Of a stretch of 64,000 nucleotides of DNA, positions 9,616-20,276 are shown piece after piece. The first letter of the stretch is position 1. Each line of letters starts with the position of its first letter. The stretch lies in sequence record ON286972, one strand, 5' to 3'. The notes beneath the pieces were generated by a model. The model did not search any database. It had not been told where the DNA came from and saw only the letters and a list, made by a program, of their open reading frames with translations. A program made the position numbers and the translations under genes. This DNA is from Escherichia phage A4.

Positions 9616-9980
9616 ACCCGAAATTGCTTAAACTGGTAGAAGAACTCCGTGAGATGCCGCCGATTGAACAAGTTGGCAATTACAAACGGTATAGAGTAAT
9701 TGCTCGTGCACTGGATAAGAAAGGTCGAGTACTGGCTACTCGTACCAACTCTTACACACAGACTCACCCTAAGCAGAAAGGCTTTGCAATTCGTGCGGGT
9801 CGCCCTCAAGGGGAATTTTTACACGCTGAAATTTCGTGTCTTCTTGCTGCTCGTGCTGAAGTACATACTCTTCTTATCGCTCGTGTAAGTAAAGATGGAA
9901 TTCCAGTTCCAGCAAAACCTTGTGAGATTTGTACATTAGCAATTCAGGAGTACGGGGTAAAAGAGATTATCCATACATGA
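9612..9980 (+). CDS. cytidine/deoxycytidylate deaminase-fold zinc enzyme
   Basis: HAE ... PCEIC zinc-binding signature (H[AC]E and PCxxC). Confidence 0.5.
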   Translation: MNPKLLKLVEELREMPPIEQVGNYKRYRVIARALDKKGRVLATRTNSYTQTHPKQKGFAIRAGRPQGEFLHAEISCLLAARAEVHTLLIARVSKDGIPVPAKPCEICTLAIQEYGVKEIIHT

Positions 9981-10198
9981 AAATTGAACGATATCAGCAC
10001 CATACTGTACTGTTTGGTGAATCAATAATGTACTATTATATTTTTGAGCCAAAACATTCGTTACAAATAACTATATACGAAAATGGTAAATTTAAAGATA
10101 CCAATTTCCCATTACATGAATTGGCATTATATTCCAGTACTGATCACTTTAAGCATTTAGTATTTGTATATTGTATTCCAAATGAAAACGAGGAATAA
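9977..10198 (+). CDS. hypothetical protein
   Basis: start set at ATG 9977 overlapping previous stop; track ORF from 9929 overlaps. Confidence 0.3.
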   Translation: MKIERYQHHTVLFGESIMYYYIFEPKHSLQITIYENGKFKDTNFPLHELALYSSTDHFKHLVFVYCIPNENEE

Positions 10199-10200
10199 CT

Positions 10201-10611
10201 ATGTTAGAAGATGAGTTTCTAAAATTAAGTAGAAAGATATTTGATATACTAGGTGATGAAACAGATTTCAATCTAAGCGATAAAGATATCCCATTGGAAG
10301 ATGGTGGTTTCTTTTTCGCATTTGGATCTACGTATAATCTGGATATTTCAAAGCCTATCAGTGATGATAGTGATTATACTGCAACAACATATTTTGATTT
10401 CCAGCTTAATGGACACAAAGAGCGTTTACTAACGTACAGACGTAAAGGTAGTTTCAATAGAACCGAGATTACATTAATGGATTTTGAGAAACGCATCGAA
10501 CTCGCGAAGAAACATCCATTCATCAGTACTCATGCGTTTAATAGGCTAATCGATCTATTAGACAGTTATCCAGAGACAATACGAGGGTCATTACGTTTAA
10601 ATGCAGATTGA
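10201..10611 (+). CDS. hypothetical protein
   Basis: 136-aa ORF. Confidence 0.45.
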   Translation: MLEDEFLKLSRKIFDILGDETDFNLSDKDIPLEDGGFFFAFGSTYNLDISKPISDDSDYTATTYFDFQLNGHKERLLTYRRKGSFNRTEITLMDFEKRIELAKKHPFISTHAFNRLIDLLDSYPETIRGSLRLNAD

Positions 10612-10786
10612 AATTTTTAAAAAAGAATATGATGGTGAAAGTATCTGTGATATCCAACGTGATGTACATGAAGCGTTTAATTCCAGATTCAATCCATTAG
10701 TTGCTCAAATTCCACAAGATGAGTATGGATTCCAGGAAGGTACATTTACTGTAACTATTACATGGAGTCCAGATGAGACTAATTAA
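10601..10786 (+). CDS. hypothetical small protein
   Basis: 61-aa ORF overlapping previous gene end. Confidence 0.3.
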   Translation: MQIEIFKKEYDGESICDIQRDVHEAFNSRFNPLVAQIPQDEYGFQEGTFTVTITWSPDETN

Positions 10787-10863
10787 ACTATTCATTGGTT
10801 GCAGTGCAATTGCAATTTATATGTTATGCTAATCTGGTCAGTTGTTATTTTGTCTATTCTATA

Positions 10864-10888
10864 AAGCACCCAAGTGGTGCTTTTTGTG
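10864..10888 (+). terminator. rho-independent terminator
   Basis: AAGCACC-CAAGT-GGTGCTT hairpin then TTTTT. Confidence 0.55.
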
Positions 10889-11019
10889 TTTGTACAGTAC
10901 TTAATCAATTGCACTTTTCCTTGATTTAGGTCAAGAGAAAAAGGCCAATATGAGGCTATAATGCTCTTTGTTGAAGTTAAATAAATTCACCCAAACGAAT
11001 AACATACAAGGAATGTGAA

Positions 11020-12825
11020 ATGCAAATAGATAAATTATATACGGACGTAACTAACTTCCTCAACCAGAGTAACGCTGATTTAACAAACGAAAATGCAAAT
11101 AAAGACGCTAAATGTGTTAATACACATCGTGATTTATTGGCAGGTATTCTTTCTAAACATTATTCCCAAGATGTGATTCCTGATGAATTGATGAAGTGGC
11201 ATAATGAAGGTTACGGTCATATTCATGATTTAGACTATTACATTAGCCCATTAACAAACTGTTGTTTAGTTAATTATCCTGATATGCTTGCTAATGGCTT
11301 CATGATTGGTTGTGCCAAGATTGAAGAACCAAAAAGCTTTGGGGTAGCTTGTACAGTACTAACACAGATTGTTCAGGCTGTTGCAAGCTCACAGTACGGT
11401 GGTCAGTCGTTGGCTCACATTGACACTGGCCTTGCACCATATGTACAAAAGTCATGGAATAAACTTCTAGAAAAACAAAAGAAATACAATCTTAGTACTG
11501 AATTCATTGAAGATGAGTTGCGTAAGGAAGTTTATGACGGTTGTCAAACAATTCTATATCAAACAAACTCAATGATCAGTACTAATGGTCAGGCTGCGTT
11601 CATTTCTTTAAGTTTAGGATTAGGTACATCTAAATTTGAAAAACTAATCACTGAACAATATTTGAAAGTACATGAAAATGGACTAGGTAAAGATAAGATT
11701 ACTCCAGTATTCCCTAAAGTAATATTCTTTCTTCAGGATGGAATTAATATGAACAGTACTGATTGTAATTATGACTTAAAACAATTAGCTATGCGTTGTG
11801 CAGCTAAACGCATCTATCCTGATTTTGTATCAGTACCTTTGAATCAAAAAGTTACTGGAAGCACAACTATTCCTGTTACTCCGATGGGATGCAGAAGTTT
11901 CTTAGGGAAATGGGAAAATACACAAGGAGAAGAAAAATACAATGGTAGATTCAACCTTGGCGTTGTGTCTATCAACTTACCACTAATTGCTCTTGAGAGT
12001 GAGTCTGATGGTGATTTCTTTGATAAGATTGACGAGCACATGAATATTGCTTACAGAGCACAGATGAACCGTGTAGAACGTTTAAAAGGTACAAAGGCAA
12101 AACAAAACCCTATACTTTTCGCTGAAGGTGCGATTGCACGTCTTGATCCTGAAGACACTATTGACCATTTATTTTATAATGGTTATGCTAGTATCAGTAT
12201 TGGTTATGTTGGGTTATCTGAGTGTTCAGAGATCCTCACTGGTTCAATTAGTAAAGAGTTCTGTATGAGTATTTTGAACTACATGAAAGCAAAATGTGAT
12301 GAATTCAAAAAAGAGAGTAACATTGCATTTAGTCTTTACGGTACACCAGCAGAATCACTATGTTATAAATTTGCACGTTGTATTGAGGCAAAACATCCTT
12401 CAGTACTGAAACGTGACTTTATCACTAACTCATTCCATCAACCAGTATGGGTTGAAAGTACACCTTTTGCTAAATGGGATTATGAGGAAAACTTTGCTTA
12501 TCTAAGCAATGGTGGTAATATTAGCTATGTCGAAACACCAAATCTAGCTAATAATATACAAGCACTAGAAACATTAATAAATTTTGCTTATACTAAAATT
12601 CCATATTTTGGTATTAATCAGAAGGTCGATAAGTGTTTTGAATGTGATTTTGAGGGTGAATTTAGTGTAGATAAAAATGGTTTCCATTGTCCGGTATGTG
12701 ACAACCGCAATGAACGCACAATGTCGGTTATTCGCAGAGTATCAGGATATCTTAGTGCACCAAATAGTCGCCCGTTCAATAAAGGTAAACAAGCTGAAGT
12801 TATTCAACGTATACAACACATGTAA
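11020..12825 (+). CDS. nrdD: anaerobic ribonucleoside-triphosphate reductase (class III)
   Basis: 601-aa; C-terminal Cys cluster CFECDFEG..CPVCDN and glycyl-radical-like RRVSGYL; adjacent nrdG. Confidence 0.8.
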   Translation: MQIDKLYTDVTNFLNQSNADLTNENANKDAKCVNTHRDLLAGILSKHYSQDVIPDELMKWHNEGYGHIHDLDYYISPLTNCCLVNYPDMLANGFMIGCAKIEEPKSFGVACTVLTQIVQAVASSQYGGQSLAHIDTGLAPYVQKSWNKLLEKQKKYNLSTEFIEDELRKEVYDGCQTILYQTNSMISTNGQAAFISLSLGLGTSKFEKLITEQYLKVHENGLGKDKITPVFPKVIFFLQDGINMNSTDCNYDLKQLAMRCAAKRIYPDFVSVPLNQKVTGSTTIPVTPMGCRSFLGKWENTQGEEKYNGRFNLGVVSINLPLIALESESDGDFFDKIDEHMNIAYRAQMNRVERLKGTKAKQNPILFAEGAIARLDPEDTIDHLFYNGYASISIGYVGLSECSEILTGSISKEFCMSILNYMKAKCDEFKKESNIAFSLYGTPAESLCYKFARCIEAKHPSVLKRDFITNSFHQPVWVESTPFAKWDYEENFAYLSNGGNISYVETPNLANNIQALETLINFAYTKIPYFGINQKVDKCFECDFEGEFSVDKNGFHCPVCDNRNERTMSVIRRVSGYLSAPNSRPFNKGKQAEVIQRIQHM

Positions 12826-12834
12826 GGAGATATT

Positions 12835-13197
12835 ATGTCAATTCAAGGTAAACAAGTCATGTCTGGTGAGCACCGTGGAACTATCATGCTAATAGAAAAT
12901 GATATTGCACGTATTATTGTATCAAAGACCTTTTCTGAAGATGATGAAGTACTTTTGAGTACTTTTGATGGTGAGGTACTGCGTGATGTGGAAATTCAAC
13001 ACGCACCGAATATTGAAGGTGGGCAGCACTTGAATGTAAATGTTCTATCTAAAGAACAACTCATTGATGCACAAAATAATCCAGAAAAGTATCCGCAACT
13101 TACAATTCGTGTTAGTGGTTATGCAGTTCGTTTCAATTCACTAACAAAAGAACAACAAGATGATGTAATCAATCGTACTTTTACTAAAGGTCTATGA
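12835..13197 (+). CDS. grcA: GrcA/YfiD-like autonomous glycyl-radical cofactor protein
   Basis: [37 protein letters not shown] closely matches E. coli YfiD glycyl-radical domain (from memory). Confidence 0.75.
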   Translation: MSIQGKQVMSGEHRGTIMLIENDIARIIVSKTFSEDDEVLLSTFDGEVLRDVEIQHAPNIEGGQHLNVNVLSKEQLIDAQNNPEKYPQLTIRVSGYAVRFNSLTKEQQDDVINRTFTKGL

Positions 13198-13529
13198 TGG
13201 ACTTAAAACCAATTGTAGTTAACAAATATAAAGAACCATATGATGTGTATATTGGTCGTGGGTCTAAATGGGGAAATCCATTTACCCACATTAATGACAA
13301 ACAAACAAAGGCAGAGTTTATAGTTCCGACACGAGAAGAGTCGATTGAGAAGTTCAGAGAGTATCTTATCCAAAGAATTGAAAATGGTGAGGTTACTATC
13401 GAAGAACTACTTGAATTGGCTGGGAAGCGTCTTGGGTGCTTTTGTAAGCCAAAATCATGTCATGGTGATGTTCTTGTAGAAATAGTGAGTGCAATATTAG
13501 ATGAATTACCAGACGATAATCAAGGATGA
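13194..13529 (+). CDS. DUF4326-like protein
   Basis: [12 protein letters not shown] ... [11 protein letters not shown] pattern. Confidence 0.45.
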   Translation: MMDLKPIVVNKYKEPYDVYIGRGSKWGNPFTHINDKQTKAEFIVPTREESIEKFREYLIQRIENGEVTIEELLELAGKRLGCFCKPKSCHGDVLVEIVSAILDELPDDNQG

Positions 13530-13980
13530 TTTAGTTAATGGGGAGGGAGTTAGATGCTCCCTTTTTGTTTCAGGGTGTAGCCACGGATGTGAAGAATGCT
13601 TCAACGAAAAAGCATGGGATTATCGCAGTGGTTCAGAATTCAGTACTGAAACAGTTGAAATCATCCTGAATGAACTTAACAAGCCATATGTACAAGGATT
13701 ATCCCTTTTAGGTGGTGATCCATTGATGCCAAAGAATATCAGTACTGTTATTGAGTTATGTAAAGTAGTAAAAGAAAAATATCCAAATAAAGATATTTGG
13801 TGCTGGAGTGGTTATACTTTAGAGGAAATAATAAATAATCATGCCTCCGCAATACTAGAGTACATTGATGTATTAGTTGATGGTAAATTTATTCTTGAAG
13901 AAAAGAATTTAGAATTACCATTTAGAGGCTCTAATAATCAACGTATTCTTCGTAAAGGAGTAGATTATGCGTTATCTTGA
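13501..13980 (+). CDS. nrdG: anaerobic ribonucleotide reductase activating protein (radical SAM)
   Basis: GEGVRCSLFVSGCSHGCEEC radical-SAM CxxxCxxC-like cluster; next to nrdD. Confidence 0.75.
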   Translation: MNYQTIIKDDLVNGEGVRCSLFVSGCSHGCEECFNEKAWDYRSGSEFSTETVEIILNELNKPYVQGLSLLGGDPLMPKNISTVIELCKVVKEKYPNKDIWCWSGYTLEEIINNHASAILEYIDVLVDGKFILEEKNLELPFRGSNNQRILRKGVDYALS

Positions 13981-14125
13981 TATTATTTCTGAAAAGATAC
14001 AGAAACGTGGAAATGAGTGGGTTGTTACTGACCACACAGGGAAGAAAGTTCTCGGTCGTCACCCAACCAGAAAAGAAGCACTTAAACAATTAAGAGCAGT
14101 TGAATTTTCTAAACACGGCGGTTAA
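13967..14125 (+). CDS. small hypothetical protein (52 aa)
   Basis: ORF below track cutoff; AAAGGAG 8 nt upstream; followed by terminator. Confidence 0.3.
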   Translation: MRYLDIISEKIQKRGNEWVVTDHTGKKVLGRHPTRKEALKQLRAVEFSKHGG

Positions 14126-14131
14126 TATGAA

Positions 14132-14156
14132 GAAGCACCCTTTGGGTGCTTTTTTT
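14132..14156 (+). terminator. rho-independent terminator
   Basis: AAGCACCC-TTTG-GGTGCTT then TTTTTT. Confidence 0.6.
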
Positions 14157-14163
14157 ATACTAT

Positions 14164-14171
14164 TATAAATA
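14164..14171 (+). promoter_or_regulatory. T4-type late promoter-like TATAAATA
   Basis: exact TATAAATA ~30 bp upstream of tail-fibre gene start. Confidence 0.35.
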
Positions 14172-14202
14172 CACTATGGATATCTAGATAAAAGGGATAT
14201 AT

Positions 14203-16887
14203 ATGGCAAAGAAAATATATGGTGGCATTGATGTTACACATAATGTAACAGTCAAAGGTAAGAGAAGTGTTCAGAGCATCAATGATAACGTATTTGATGA
14301 AAATGGCAATCTCACAATAGATGCATATACACAAGATGATATGCTGGAAATGGTTGGTATGTTACCCATTTCTCGTTATGGTACACAAAACTATCTACCT
14401 GCTGGTGTCAATGGTACAACAGTTGGTTCTTCAGAAAATACTAAATCCAGAAATACAAAATTATTTTTGGAAGATGATAACACTTTAGTAATGCTACGTC
14501 CTGGTACAAATGGGAGTACACAAGGGGTTTATTATAGTTATATGACCCAGGCGGTTGGTACAACAAATACAAGTCGTATGGTTAATACTACTCGTGCATA
14601 TAAACCAAATTATTTTGGTGATTATTATGCATACCATTTATATTCATGTAGTGATGATATTACATGTGGTATGGCAAGTAATGGTTCAATTAATAAACTT
14701 TTTGTATCCGTTAATAATGGCACAATGAACGATGCAATGCATACCGGAATTTTAATTGATGACTATGCTTCAGTTAGGCCAATTGGTGAAGTACAATTTG
14801 TTATTCGTGCAGAAGATGGTGCATTATACTTTTTCAGTTTAGATACACCAAGCAATACTCTTAAAATATCAGTGGTTAAAGTTACTTTTAGTCCAAGTAA
14901 TAACCCAGGTGGTGGTACTTATAGTGTTACTAGAATTACTGGTTGGGCCACAAGAACTTTTTATAATGCAATGGTATATGATGACAATATTGTTCCAACT
15001 ATGAAAATAAATTCAACAAATACCAATGATAATCCATACGTTTTAATTCCAAGTGGTATTATTGGGTTTGGTATTTATATGACAGACCCAGATTTATATG
15101 TTGCACAGAAATCAGGTACAACTACATTTAAATTTAGATTATGTGGCGATATGTGGATGACTAACGGCAGATATGATATACGACCACAACACAGTTTTAG
15201 TATGACTTTTGATATTGCTACTAAGCAATGTGCATTGGATAATATGACAACTACTACACCAGTTGCTGTTTATGATAATGGTACAAGCATGAATGAATCT
15301 GGTCCATGTTTAACAACTGACCCGTTTTATCTTCACGCAGGTGGACGTAACATTTTCAGTAATTATTGCTATGTTCCATCAACTGGGGATGCGTTTTGCT
15401 CATTTTCACCAAACCTTGCAGAAGCATTGAATATATCATATGCAAAATACCCACCCAAATCATTATTTGATTTAATGGATGTTAGAAGTGTATCGGCAAC
15501 TGATTTTATTAATGGTGTCGTATCACCAAGATTTGGTTCAGCAGTTGGTTCATTCCAAGTGGGTGTGGAGTTATTACCAAATAACAGTACTAAGCAATAT
15601 TCAAGACGTTCAGGTGATGGTCGTTTTTATCCATCCTATGCTGTACATAAAGCTACCCCGAACTTTACATTTAAGTCTCTAGACTATGGTAATGTTCTTG
15701 GCTATGAACCAACACCAGACCGAGCGTTTATAACTACACCAGAATCTAGAATTTTTATAAGTTCAATTTCTGGTTCAACGGTAACGACTAATGGTGGTGT
15801 TTTGGTGGCTGATAATAGAACATCAACGCCAATTAGTTTTGATTATAAAGGTAATGTACTGAATAATGGTACAATCAGTATGTCACAAGATATAATGAAT
15901 TCCATTAGAAATTCCGAATTTGCTAAAGTTGCTAGTTCATGGAATATATCACCAGCATCAATAAAAACATTATCTGTATTTGTTCCACAACAAACTGATA
16001 TTCCTGTTTTTGGTGTTCTTGCAGCATCTACTACAGCCCGTGGTCTATATATTCGAGTTGTTGAATTGAATGTCAATACAAGAACTGGTGATATTACAAC
16101 ATGGTCGTTCAAACGTTTAGTACATGAAAGTGTTCAAGCTGGGGATTACAAAACAGATACCGCATATCATCTTGATAGTGGAAGTATTGGTATTACTATA
16201 TATGATGCGGGTTCTTTCTACTTCATTGGTGGTGGTATTCCTGGTTTCTTTAATACAGTTGGTAATACAAACTCTCCATTTTTCCGTGCTACAGTGGATA
16301 AAGCGACAGCCCAATTTAATAATTTCCATATAGCTGGTGCACGTCCGATCTATGCATTAGATGGTCAACCATTCGCTTTACCTAACATTGGGTTTGGTAT
16401 TCTTCAAAGTATAGATAATAATAACAAAACAATTTTTAGAACATATGGTACAACATTAGCGGATTATAATGCATGGACTGATAAAGGAAATCCATTTATA
16501 TGTCTTGTTTCCCAAGATGTTGCTCAAGGTTTTATTATATACTTCACCGAAGAGACACCAGTACTGATATCCGGTAAACACTATACATTACCAATATCAA
16601 ATATAGATTTAACAACTGTGAAAGCAAATCCTGCCAATACTACATTTTATGTGTATATTAAATTAGTACAGGGTATTGCAAACTATCATATATCAACAAC
16701 TGAATTAGCTGAAACTCATTCAATATTCTGGATTGGTACAGTGAAAACTGATAATTTACAAATAACCGAAATTAATATAGAAAAACGTTCTCGTTTAGAC
16801 CTGTTTGGTTCATCATTCAACGCTGCCGGAAGTTCCTTCCCAGTAAGTTCTGGGTTCCCTTCAAGTTCTGGTAATGTGAATTGGTAA
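14203..16887 (+). CDS. tail fibre protein
   Basis: 894-aa Ser/Thr/Asn/Gly-rich; C-terminal module shared with 16898-17488 and 17499-20240. Confidence 0.55.
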   Translation: MAKKIYGGIDVTHNVTVKGKRSVQSINDNVFDENGNLTIDAYTQDDMLEMVGMLPISRYGTQNYLPAGVNGTTVGSSENTKSRNTKLFLEDDNTLVMLRPGTNGSTQGVYYSYMTQAVGTTNTSRMVNTTRAYKPNYFGDYYAYHLYSCSDDITCGMASNGSINKLFVSVNNGTMNDAMHTGILIDDYASVRPIGEVQFVIRAEDGALYFFSLDTPSNTLKISVVKVTFSPSNNPGGGTYSVTRITGWATRTFYNAMVYDDNIVPTMKINSTNTNDNPYVLIPSGIIGFGIYMTDPDLYVAQKSGTTTFKFRLCGDMWMTNGRYDIRPQHSFSMTFDIATKQCALDNMTTTTPVAVYDNGTSMNESGPCLTTDPFYLHAGGRNIFSNYCYVPSTGDAFCSFSPNLAEALNISYAKYPPKSLFDLMDVRSVSATDFINGVVSPRFGSAVGSFQVGVELLPNNSTKQYSRRSGDGRFYPSYAVHKATPNFTFKSLDYGNVLGYEPTPDRAFITTPESRIFISSISGSTVTTNGGVLVADNRTSTPISFDYKGNVLNNGTISMSQDIMNSIRNSEFAKVASSWNISPASIKTLSVFVPQQTDIPVFGVLAASTTARGLYIRVVELNVNTRTGDITTWSFKRLVHESVQAGDYKTDTAYHLDSGSIGITIYDAGSFYFIGGGIPGFFNTVGNTNSPFFRATVDKATAQFNNFHIAGARPIYALDGQPFALPNIGFGILQSIDNNNKTIFRTYGTTLADYNAWTDKGNPFICLVSQDVAQGFIIYFTEETPVLISGKHYTLPISNIDLTTVKANPANTTFYVYIKLVQGIANYHISTTELAETHSIFWIGTVKTDNLQITEINIEKRSRLDLFGSSFNAAGSSFPVSSGFPSSSGNVNW

Positions 16888-16897
16888 TGGAGATAAT

Positions 16898-17488
16898 ATG
16901 GCTTATAAATTTAGATCTGATGTGGAAGCGTATGCTTCCGTTAAATCACAAGGAAAAAATACTGGGACCACGATAACTGATCGTTCTGGTAATGTGTATC
17001 AAGCTGATGCTAATGGGAATGTTGATGTACCACTCATGAGTACAGATGATGTGAATTACATTACCAGTTCCTTTCCGTTATCACAATTTGGTTCACTTTA
17101 CAGTACTGAACCATTGGGTATTTCTGCTGCTGGTTTCAATTTAACTTTCAGTAAAGAATTACCATTGTTCATGGCGGGAGCGGTTTATACCCTCCCTGCT
17201 AAAACAATAACGGACCCAGGAGTTACTGGAACTAATATTGAAACACATTATGTATATGTTATATTAGATGTTGGGGTAGCTGACTACCTCATTTCTAAAA
17301 CTCAACGCCCTGAAAGTAGTGTTAATATGTACATAGGACAACTGACAGTTTTCCCAGATGGCATTACAGGGGTCAGTATAAATAAAGTGTCAAGATTTGA
17401 CGACTTCAGAGTAAGTGCTACAAAAATTGGTTCAGCTATCCCTATCAGTTCTGGTACACCAGATGTGAATAGTGGGACAGAATGGTAA
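16898..17488 (+). CDS. tail fibre-related protein (shares fibre C-terminal module)
   Basis: 196 aa; C-terminus ..SRFDDFR..AIPISSGTPDVNSGTEW parallels the two large fibre proteins. Confidence 0.5.
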   Translation: MAYKFRSDVEAYASVKSQGKNTGTTITDRSGNVYQADANGNVDVPLMSTDDVNYITSSFPLSQFGSLYSTEPLGISAAGFNLTFSKELPLFMAGAVYTLPAKTITDPGVTGTNIETHYVYVILDVGVADYLISKTQRPESSVNMYIGQLTVFPDGITGVSINKVSRFDDFRVSATKIGSAIPISSGTPDVNSGTEW

Positions 17489-17498
17489 AGGAATATAT

Positions 17499-20240
17499 AT
17501 GGCTTCGAGACGAATTATAGGAAACGCAGAAATACTAGGGAATTTGAAAATTAATGGAAAGTATGCATTACGTTCCTTTAATGGATTCCCTGCTGATTCT
17601 GCTGGTAATATCACTTACCAATATTATGACAAAGCGGAAGTGGATCAAATGTTTGATATGCTTCCTGTTTCAAGGGTAGGTGATCAAGATTACCTACCGA
17701 TGAGTATTAACGGTACATTTGAAGGTGCTTCTTCCTTTTCATTTGCAAAAATAATGCAACCTTGTATCATTGAAAATGATGGTACTGGTGTAATTTTACG
17801 TGCAGGTACAAATGGAAGTTCTTATGGTTTCTATTATGCTTATATAAAAAATATAAGAGATATAGAAACATTAACTCAAGATAATATAATTACAACCAAC
17901 ACGATGTATAGACCTTCTGTGCTACCAAGTACTGATTACATTTATGAATTTTATGGGTCAAATGCATATGAATTACTATTTTGGGAATCAACTGATAGAG
18001 CATCATACTACCTTACATTAACAAATGAAACATTAAATGAATCAGCACACAAACATTGCAGAATTCCAAAAACAGCAATAACAAATAAACCAATCTATGC
18101 ACACATCGTAAATGATTCAGTTTATATATGGTGTATGGATTCAAGTGTATTGAGTAGTGTTCGCGGGTGTGCATTTATCATATACACAGTACCTTTAACT
18201 GCATTTAATACTGGTTCAGTTTCGACAGTAACACAGATTAGTGGTTATTCAGGAAGAACTATAAGAAATGTAACATACACTGCATCTAATAATATTCGTG
18301 TTTATGATAGTTATTCAGCGTTGGGTTCAGGTGGTGATGCACTAATAGCATATGATAATGGTGTTTCCAGAATAGATTATTGGGAAAATAACGCATTTAA
18401 TACCCAAGCAGTTCTTAGTCCAGATGGTACAAAAATAAGAGTAGCGATATATCCAGGGTTTCGTGTCTTAACCGCAACAAAAACATCTGGTGTATATGCA
18501 CTTGGTATCAGCTTTACATATGATATCAGTACTAAAACAATGACACTTGACGGTTCTGAACGTGGTCCAATCAGAGTATCAGCTAATGCATCAACTGGTA
18601 GTATAACAGTGAGTAACCCGTTTTCAATCAATATGGAAAACTTTACAGGGTTTTATGATGGTGCACTTGGTAACTATGGTTCAATCTGTCAAACTTCTGA
18701 TGGTTTTGTTTTCACTACCAAAGCAAGATGGTCATCCATGCCGACCTATGCAGTACAAACATACAAAGTTTCTGGTACACCTTATGATAGTTGGGTTGCT
18801 AAAACACGTACTGGTAGTAATTTAAAACGCGTAGAAGTAATGCCCGTTTATGGTTCACCTGTAGGTGAAAACTTAATAGGTGTTCGTTTCGTTGATAAAC
18901 GTAAGATACTTGTTGCATGTTCTGGTACTGCTGATGGAATTTCTTATGGTTATGATAGTACAGTTTTTACTGAAATAGGTGAGAATCCAACTTATAGTTA
19001 TAAAAACTTGGAACAAAATACCACAATGAATGGTTTTGCACCATCAGGTAATAGACACTATTTAAGTACTGATTACAAATATGCAGGTATGGTAACATTG
19101 GTTGATGCCAATGGAAATGTCAGCACTTATGGATCTTCTTTAATAGAAGGTATCGATAAACCAGCTTATGGAAAATTCGACCCTGTTACAATGGACTTTA
19201 ACAGTGATAGATATGAAATTTCAGGAACTACATTATCAGGTATAGGTTATAATGCCGTTGCTAAAGCTGGATTGACTGGAATAACTGAACATAAAACTGT
19301 TTTTTATTATGTACCTGATACTACATATTCTAAATCTATTGCAGTCACTTCTGCACTAAACGGTACTACCAACGTGTGTTATATTATTTTTTCCGAAATA
19401 TCATGTAGTGCACTGGGTACAAGTGGTACTATAATTTTACGTGGTATTAGTGTTGATACAGCAAGATATACATCAATCACGAATACATTCCAAATTTCAC
19501 CAAATGAAATGATCAAACGTTGGGCTGGTATGACTGTTGCTAAGTTTAGTGGTTTTAACTACTTAGGTGTGAACATTTTATATGGCATTGATACCCCAGG
19601 TTGGACTCGTTATCCTAACATGATTGCTAAAGTGAAAAATGGTATTATTTCAAGTCAACGATATATGGAAACAACTTATATTTCAAACGCACAATTTGAT
19701 ATAGGTACAATTCCAGGGATTGGGTTTGGATATTACCAAATGAACAAAAACGATTATCAAACTAAATCAGTTTTTGCTGTATGTGGTACTACTGAAGCAG
19801 ATATGGATAAACTAATATCTGGTAATGAAACGATATCACAGTACTTAGTTGTTGCTTCACAGGATGTGGCACAAGGGTTCAACGTGTACTTTTCACAAGA
19901 AGTACCAGTTTTCTTGGGTGGAAAGTTTGCAAAGATACCACCGACTATGATAGACTTATCTACCATAAGTACTACACCAGATAATTCAACATTCTACATA
20001 TATGCGGTTATGGATAGAGGTACATCTACAGCTTCGTATCAGATATCACTATATCAATTATCAGAAACTATGACATCAACCTACATTGGTAAGATAGTAA
20101 CTGATGCTAATGGTATTGCATCAATCGAGTCTGAAAAAGTGTCCAGATTCTTGCTATACCGCCCAAGTACCTACAATCGTGGTTCTGCTATCCCAGCTAG
20201 TTCTGGGTTACCATCACAATCTGGTACTCGTTGGAGTTAA
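17499..20240 (+). CDS. tail fibre protein
   Basis: start moved to ATG 17499 with AAAGGAATATATATGG, same context as 14203; C-terminal VAQGF..SRF..AIPASSGLPSQSGTRWS. Confidence 0.55.
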   Translation: MASRRIIGNAEILGNLKINGKYALRSFNGFPADSAGNITYQYYDKAEVDQMFDMLPVSRVGDQDYLPMSINGTFEGASSFSFAKIMQPCIIENDGTGVILRAGTNGSSYGFYYAYIKNIRDIETLTQDNIITTNTMYRPSVLPSTDYIYEFYGSNAYELLFWESTDRASYYLTLTNETLNESAHKHCRIPKTAITNKPIYAHIVNDSVYIWCMDSSVLSSVRGCAFIIYTVPLTAFNTGSVSTVTQISGYSGRTIRNVTYTASNNIRVYDSYSALGSGGDALIAYDNGVSRIDYWENNAFNTQAVLSPDGTKIRVAIYPGFRVLTATKTSGVYALGISFTYDISTKTMTLDGSERGPIRVSANASTGSITVSNPFSINMENFTGFYDGALGNYGSICQTSDGFVFTTKARWSSMPTYAVQTYKVSGTPYDSWVAKTRTGSNLKRVEVMPVYGSPVGENLIGVRFVDKRKILVACSGTADGISYGYDSTVFTEIGENPTYSYKNLEQNTTMNGFAPSGNRHYLSTDYKYAGMVTLVDANGNVSTYGSSLIEGIDKPAYGKFDPVTMDFNSDRYEISGTTLSGIGYNAVAKAGLTGITEHKTVFYYVPDTTYSKSIAVTSALNGTTNVCYIIFSEISCSALGTSGTIILRGISVDTARYTSITNTFQISPNEMIKRWAGMTVAKFSGFNYLGVNILYGIDTPGWTRYPNMIAKVKNGIISSQRYMETTYISNAQFDIGTIPGIGFGYYQMNKNDYQTKSVFAVCGTTEADMDKLISGNETISQYLVVASQDVAQGFNVYFSQEVPVFLGGKFAKIPPTMIDLSTISTTPDNSTFYIYAVMDRGTSTASYQISLYQLSETMTSTYIGKIVTDANGIASIESEKVSRFLLYRPSTYNRGSAIPASSGLPSQSGTRWS

Positions 20241-20246
20241 AAAATT

Positions 20247-20276
20247 AAGCCTGTCTATTGACAGGCTTTTCTTTTA
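20247..20276 (+). terminator. rho-independent terminator
   Basis: 9-bp stem AAGCCTGTC/GACAGGCTT, 4-nt loop, T-rich tail. Confidence 0.55.
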
